Assembly: GCA_051294375.1 (NCBI GenBank)
Contig: CM119265.1
Coordinates: 6,581,489 to 6,645,488 of the forward strand
Source: Paraspadella gotoi
Taxonomy: Eukaryota > Animalia > Chaetognatha
DNA length: 64,000 nucleotides
Direction: 5' to 3'
The notes beneath the pieces were generated by a model. That model did not search any database, was not told the origin of the DNA, and saw only the letters and a list, made by a program, of their open reading frames with translations. Every line of letters begins with the position of its first letter. Within the stretch, counting starts at the first letter, position 1. The position numbers and the translations under genes were made by a program. Shown here one piece after another: positions 58,281 through 64,000 of this stretch.

Positions 58281-59696
58281 ATGCCACTTCCGGTTCGTGA
58301 CTTCACGTGGCACGAGACAATCGATTGCGTAATGCTCTCCGTTCCACTCAAGGGCGTCAAACGCGAAAAGATCGACATCCTCGCCGCCGACGATTACGTC
58401 AAAGTCAACTTCCCTCCTCACTTTTTCGAACTCTTCCCCTTCGCCTCCATCGATGCCGACCGCAGCACCGCCACCATCGCCGAGGGTTGCGTTAACTTTC
58501 GTCTTCTTAAAAAATCCCAGGAAATTTGGGGCGCGCTGGAAGCGCCCTTCAGCCGCGATAAGGCCATCTGCCGGGACAAACGACAGGCCGCGTTGGAGGC
58601 TTTTCAAAAAGGGGAAGAAGAAAAGCGAAAGCAAAGAGACGTGACGAAGAACGAATTAAAAAGATTCACCGTGCAGAAACAGATCGATCGCGAAGAAATC
58701 GATCGACGACGCATCACCGAAATCGTGGAAACGACAAAGAGCGACGCCATGGAGGATCTGGAAGAATGGCGCAATGCCCAGCAGAAGGCAGAGGAGGAGG
58801 AGGCGAGAAAGGAGGAAGAGACGAGGGCGAGGAGAGCCAAGATGCTAAAGGCGAAGATGGAGAGAGAGGCGAGGGCGAAGAAGGAGAAAAGGGACGACGA
58901 TTTGGGCGACGGAGACGTCATCTTTGACGAGGCGCCTCCCGTCAGAAGGGGAGGAAAAATTTGCGTCAACTTTACCGAAAGGGTGTTTCCGACGCCAGTC
59001 AGAGAGTCGACGACGGATGCGGAGAATGAGTGGTTGAAGAAGCAAGCGGAGGCACGAAAAGCCTGCGACGTCCAGGACGAAAATCTCAAGCCTGAAGAAA
59101 AAAATCCCGAATGGCTGCAAGAAAAAGGCGACACCTTCTTCCGTCAGGAAAACTACCAGGCCGCAGTAAACGCTTATAGCCACGGAATCCGCCTGGGCGG
59201 AAAGAACCCGCTTCCTAGCTTGTTCTCCTCCCGCGCTGCCTGCCACCTGCGCCTGCGCAACCTTCACAAGGCGCTCGAGGATGCCACGCGTTCTCTAGAT
59301 CTGCTGACGCCGCCGGTGCCGCAGAACGCGGCCGCGCGTGCTGAGGCGCACGTTCGTCGCGGGACCGCTTTCGCCGGCCTAGAATGTTTCGTCGAAGCAC
59401 TCGTCGAGTTCGAAGGCGCCCACAAGATCGAGCCCGGCAACGAGGACGTCAAAGCGGAAATCGTTAAGCTGAGGAAAATGATACAGGGGAGTTCGGAGGA
59501 GAGCGCGAGGAAAGAAAGAAGGGACAAAGCGAGGGGCGGAGGAGACGGAGTGGACGAATTAGAAAAACGAATGGCGACAACCGCTGTTTGCAACGAAGAC
59601 GATGAAGATGATGAAACTGAAGATATCGACATTGACGATGTGTTAAAGAAGCAACAAGAGAGAAGAAACGACGCGGTTTTAGAAAGACACAAGTGA
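58281..59696 (+). CDS. DNAAF4: Dynein axonemal assembly factor 4 (DYX1C1), single exon
   Basis: N-terminal CS/p23 domain MPLPVRDFTW..SVPLKGV..KVNFPPHFFE, GKICVNFTERVFPTPVRES, EWLKKQAEAR, EEKNPEWLQEKG plus TPRs (LTPPVPQNAAARAEAHVRRGTAF). Confidence 0.95.
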   Translation: MPLPVRDFTWHETIDCVMLSVPLKGVKREKIDILAADDYVKVNFPPHFFELFPFASIDADRSTATIAEGCVNFRLLKKSQEIWGALEAPFSRDKAICRDKRQAALEAFQKGEEEKRKQRDVTKNELKRFTVQKQIDREEIDRRRITEIVETTKSDAMEDLEEWRNAQQKAEEEEARKEEETRARRAKMLKAKMEREARAKKEKRDDDLGDGDVIFDEAPPVRRGGKICVNFTERVFPTPVRESTTDAENEWLKKQAEARKACDVQDENLKPEEKNPEWLQEKGDTFFRQENYQAAVNAYSHGIRLGGKNPLPSLFSSRAACHLRLRNLHKALEDATRSLDLLTPPVPQNAAARAEAHVRRGTAFAGLECFVEALVEFEGAHKIEPGNEDVKAEIVKLRKMIQGSSEESARKERRDKARGGGDGVDELEKRMATTAVCNEDDEDDETEDIDIDDVLKKQQERRNDAVLERHK

Positions 59697-60022
59697 ACAT
59701 GAAATTCTCAATTTTATTGCTTGTTGTGCAATTTAGAATAATAATTGAACTAATACAAATTATTTATTTATTCATTGGTTTTATTTTAATTTATAACTTT
59801 TATTCGACACATATTCGAGGAACAACTTTTATACATTTATTTTATTCGTTCTCCTCGATAGCGCAAACTTGACAAAGCTATTATTTTATATTACCGACTA
59901 GTACAGCACAATATAGTACAGTAAGAAAGCATTAAATACAAAATGCAATTTTTAGATGTCATGCTGTAACGGACAAAAAACTACAACAACAACCACAAGG
60001 GTCGGGAAAAAAAAATCTCAAA

Positions 60023-62104
60023 TTATTGACAACATTGCTGCAACTGCGCCGCTAAGTCGTCCAGATCCATGAGTTTTTGTGCCATGGGGCCAACGAGGTC
60101 GTTGAGAGCCTTGAGCAGATCCATCAAATTGCTCAGATCTCCCTTCAATTTATCTATGCCGTTTTTAAGATCATCGTGGGCGTTGCCAATATCACATCCT
60201 CCTAAATAGCCAGTGTGTTTTACGGAGTACATATTTAATGAAGGATTTTTTTTTCTCAACACCATTTCCTCCACAACCTTAGTTAATAGTTGTCGGTATA
60301 ATATTATTATTATTAAGATTAATTCCTGACCTGTATCTTCGTCGATCTCGCCGTCGCCGTCGTCATCGCGACCGTTCTCTCGCTCCTCGTCAACTTCTCC
60401 GTCGCAGTCGTTGTCGACGAGGTCGTCTTTGATGGGCGCAGTGGGCTGACAGAGGGCCCTGTCCATCTCGTCGACCACACCGTCTTCGTCGTCGTCAATC
60501 GAATTGCTGTGCCGGGGGAAGTCTTTGATTAATTAATTAATTAACAAAAACCCAAACGTGACAATCGATAATCATCGAGCAGTAATCGCGGATTTTTTTG
60601 AGACAAGACGTACTCTTGGTAGTATTCCTCGTCGATCCTCCCGTCGCAATCGTTGTCGATGCCGTCGCCGGGTATCGCCGTATCTTCGGACGGAATGCAT
60701 GCCTCGTACAAAGGCACCAATCTTAATCCGCCTTTGTAAAAATTGAGAATTATGATTACCAATGAAAAGAATATAATTTATGAAAGATTGATCAGTTTGA
60801 TACAAATTATCTTACAATCTATATTTAATAGTAAACAATGTTTAGTTAGATAGAGCTAGGAAAAGGCTTCCTCACCCGGATAGCCATAGGAATCGTAATT
60901 GGCGAAACCGTAGACGTAGAGTCCAAACCCAACGAGGGGGGATTGATGATCGGCGAAATGGATACCGGAAGTGATCTCTTTTCTGAGGTAAGAGAATTCG
61001 CTACCCGGAACTTGGACCCAAGGTTCGTCGGCGAGGTTTTCTTGATCCAGGATAATGCCTAAGAAATGTACATTGTACAATCTGCTATTTCGATGTTGCC
61101 ACTCGGGGGTTGAAAAATTAAACGACTTGAGCTCGGCTCGAGGTTGGTAAAATGAAAATACCAAGCTGAGTACGAGACGCTTGCGAAAAGTAAAAACAAT
61201 ATTGTGACAATAAACGTTTTTAAAATAGCAAATGTGGTTTTGATTGTCAATTTTTTTAAATTCAAACTATATATCTATAAGTATCAATATACCGTCTTTG
61301 TCCTTTGTTTCGACCACGAGGGTGACGTAGTTGTCGAACTCTTTTTTGACACGTTCGTCATCCGGCGTGGCGAAGATGTATGAGTTGGAAAACTGTTCTA
61401 TTGGCGGGATCAACATCATAAACGGATCGGCCAAAACACCATCGATGTTCTTTCCTGTACGATTGGCGATGACAAAAAGGTAATTATTTTTTTTTACAGA
61501 ATTGCTCAGGATTGATCGGTCTCACTCGCCTTTGCAATAAAGAGTAACTAGACAGGACTCGGAACATCTAATCACGTGGGACTCGTTGGATGGAATGTCA
61601 AGTTCGACAAAGTCACCCTCTTGTTCTAACAGGAACGGTTGGTTGGAAATCTGCAATCAAGTTTTTTACAAAGCTAAGTATGAAGCATCGTTACCAAAAA
61701 CGAAATATTTATTTTTTCCCCGCTATAATATTATTCAGACTTCGTAATATAATTCAAACTTCGTTTCGTTGCACGGTTTCACGACTCACAGTGACTTCAT
61801 TGTTGTCTTTTCCACTAATGATCCTAAAAATGTCTCCAGCTTTTCGTCGTACAAGCGGAGTTGTGATGTAGGTCTTACCCCAGGTTGCTAGGGGTGGAAT
61901 CTGAAATATTTATTGCAGAATTAGTTAATTTTATACCGTTTTTTTGGCCAGCGTTTTATGTACATGAGTAAGATTTATGGTAAATATCCTTTCGTCCCAC
62001 CCACATTTTCTTTTTTATTTCTTTTCTTTTCTTTCCATTTTTCTTTTCTATTATTTTCCTTCTTCTCTTTTCTCTTCTTAAGTTTCTTGTTTTGTCTTTC
62101 TTTT

Positions 62105-62196
<92 letters not shown>

Positions 62197-63071
62197 TATT
62201 TCTTTATTTCGATCTTTATTTTTGTGATTTTTAAATATTAAACACAAATAATTATAAATTTAATTAAACAACCTGCTCGACTATGTGATCACAGAGGCCG
62301 TTATCGTGGGGGATGTTAGCGCAAATGACGCCGGAAATGACGCCGACGGGTTCCGAAGCCGTAATGATGGCGCCGGTGAGATCATCGTCGGCGTCCTTGT
62401 CTGCGACGGTTTAAAACAAGATGGCGTCTCATATATAGACGAGTTAAAACTCTCCAATAATATCTACGTGCGATGCTTTCATTACCGGTGACGAACCATT
62501 CGTAAACTTCTCCTCGGTTAATCACGGCCGTGACCTGATCCTCTCCCCTCAGCTTGATGTTGATCTCGGTGTTGTCCTGCAAGGACGTCGGGTTTATTAT
62601 TATAATTTTCTGTAATTAACGATAAAGATTAATATTTCGAGAACCTTGTAAGCAATGATGGCCACTTCACCGGGATTTTTCGTTCTTCTCGTTCTGTAGC
62701 CTTGGTACGAGGGGATGATATATTTTTTTGTGGCCACGTCCTCGGGCAATGCTGGGTAAAACGGGAGCAAACTTAACGTACAAACTTAAAAATAATTTGT
62801 CACAAGTATAAATATAAAAAATACAATTTAAATTCGCTAAGTTTCAATCGAGACCATAAATTGTCATAACTAACCCAAGAAAGCGTCGCTGGAAACTTTT
62901 CGCCTGTTTATTCCGTAGACGCCGATCTCGTGGTCAGCGACGATGTCGACCACCTTTTTGACAGGAGTTCCGCGCTCCTTCTTGGAGATGCGCATTTGGT
63001 CAGGACCGGGGATTTCGTACTCGATCAAGTCGTGCGCTGAAGAGGGCGTTAATGAATGGCGTCAATTAATT

Positions 63072-63123
<52 letters not shown>

Positions 63124-63300
63124 TCTCTTTCTCAACACCTGCGATCTTCAGTGTTTCAGTTTTTCCTAGAGATGGGATGCTGATCTCCACTGTCGTTTCC
63201 GTATCGGTTGTGGCTATGAAGATCTTCAAGTAGCCTCCGTTGTTATGGCTGTTCGTCATAAAAGCCAGAGTGAAATGAGTCCCGAAGTGATCCGGAACGA
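60023..63300 (-). CDS. Protein with IgGFc-binding N-terminal domain, DNDCDG Asp-rich repeats and a C-terminal coiled coil; 5' end not determined
   Basis: Exon translations GTHFTLAFMTN, EIGVYGINRRKVSSDAFL-ALP, SDHIVEQ-IPPLATWGKTYIT, ADPFMMLIPPIEQFSNSYIF, FGLYVYGFANYDSYGYPG, PGDGIDNDCDGRIDEE, DNDCDGEVDEE..NGRDDDGDGEIDEDT. Confidence 0.8.
62095..62200. repeat. (TTTC)n microsatellite in an intron
   Basis: Directly visible. Confidence 0.95.
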
Positions 63301-63384
63301 CTGAGGGAATGAAGAACTCAAAGTTGTATCGTTGACTGTTTTCAGAGAGTAAATACTTAACTTTTCACCTCGTTGACCCATCTC

Positions 63385-63421
<37 letters not shown>

Positions 63422-64000
63422 TCTCTCTCTCTATTTAGGGTTTTATATACTTTTTCATATATTGAGCTACTTTTTTCAAAAGCCGGATCTTTAATAAATC
63501 TTATATGCAGAGAAAATGTGACCCATGTGACCAATGTGATAAAAAATTGCCTGTTTTAACAAATATAAATATTGTACATTGTAAACTTAATAAAACCATA
63601 ATCCAAGTTATATTGTTAGATTTCTTTCGCAGATTTACCCTATGTGCAAATTTGATTTTTCTGCATAAAAATTTACAAAATAATTTGGTATGGTAAAGAG
63701 AAAATACCTTTTTTTATGGAAACCAAACCTAATAAAAAAGCTTAAAGGGACCCAGTGACAAAAATGATATCATAAGCTTAAGGGTCTATCATCAAAGGTA
63801 AAAGCAGAAAAATTAAACCAAAATTGTATTCTTATAGAAACAAAACTATAATAACTATTAATTTTTATTCATATTCATCCTTTAAAAGCAGGGGCAGCGA
63901 GAGAAATGGCAGGCCCTTCTATTGGCCCCCTGGCAGGCCCCCTGGCGGGCCCCCTCCCTTCTCTATAATTTTAGTTTTTAGTTTTTGATTATCAACTTTC

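Overview
Eukaryotic (animal, probably invertebrate) genomic DNA with short AT-rich introns. From left to right: a 9-exon cyclooxygenase; about 17 kb with no recognisable gene (repeats, SINE/MITE-like elements, possible micro-exons); three same-strand ER folding genes (HSP90B1, PDIA6, PPIB) behind a promoter with tandem CCAAT boxes and one perfect ERSE; a minus-strand Draper/MEGF-like receptor; eleven consecutive same-strand cilia genes (RAB36/34, CCDC96, ZMYND12, FAM166/CIMIP2, PIERCE, BBS1, MYCBP, TTC8, BBS12, AK7, DNAAF4) behind a single near-perfect RFX X-box; and a convergent IgGFc-binding-domain gene. In both clusters the stop-to-start gaps are only about 130-880 bp, and each downstream gene has an apparently unpaired splice acceptor just before its ATG. 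The best interpretation is two function-themed, probably SL-trans-spliced animal operons, one for cilia and one for ER stress. This is inference and needs transcript data. All gene names come from motif recognition by eye, not database searches. Exon boundaries were read manually and may be off by a few bases.
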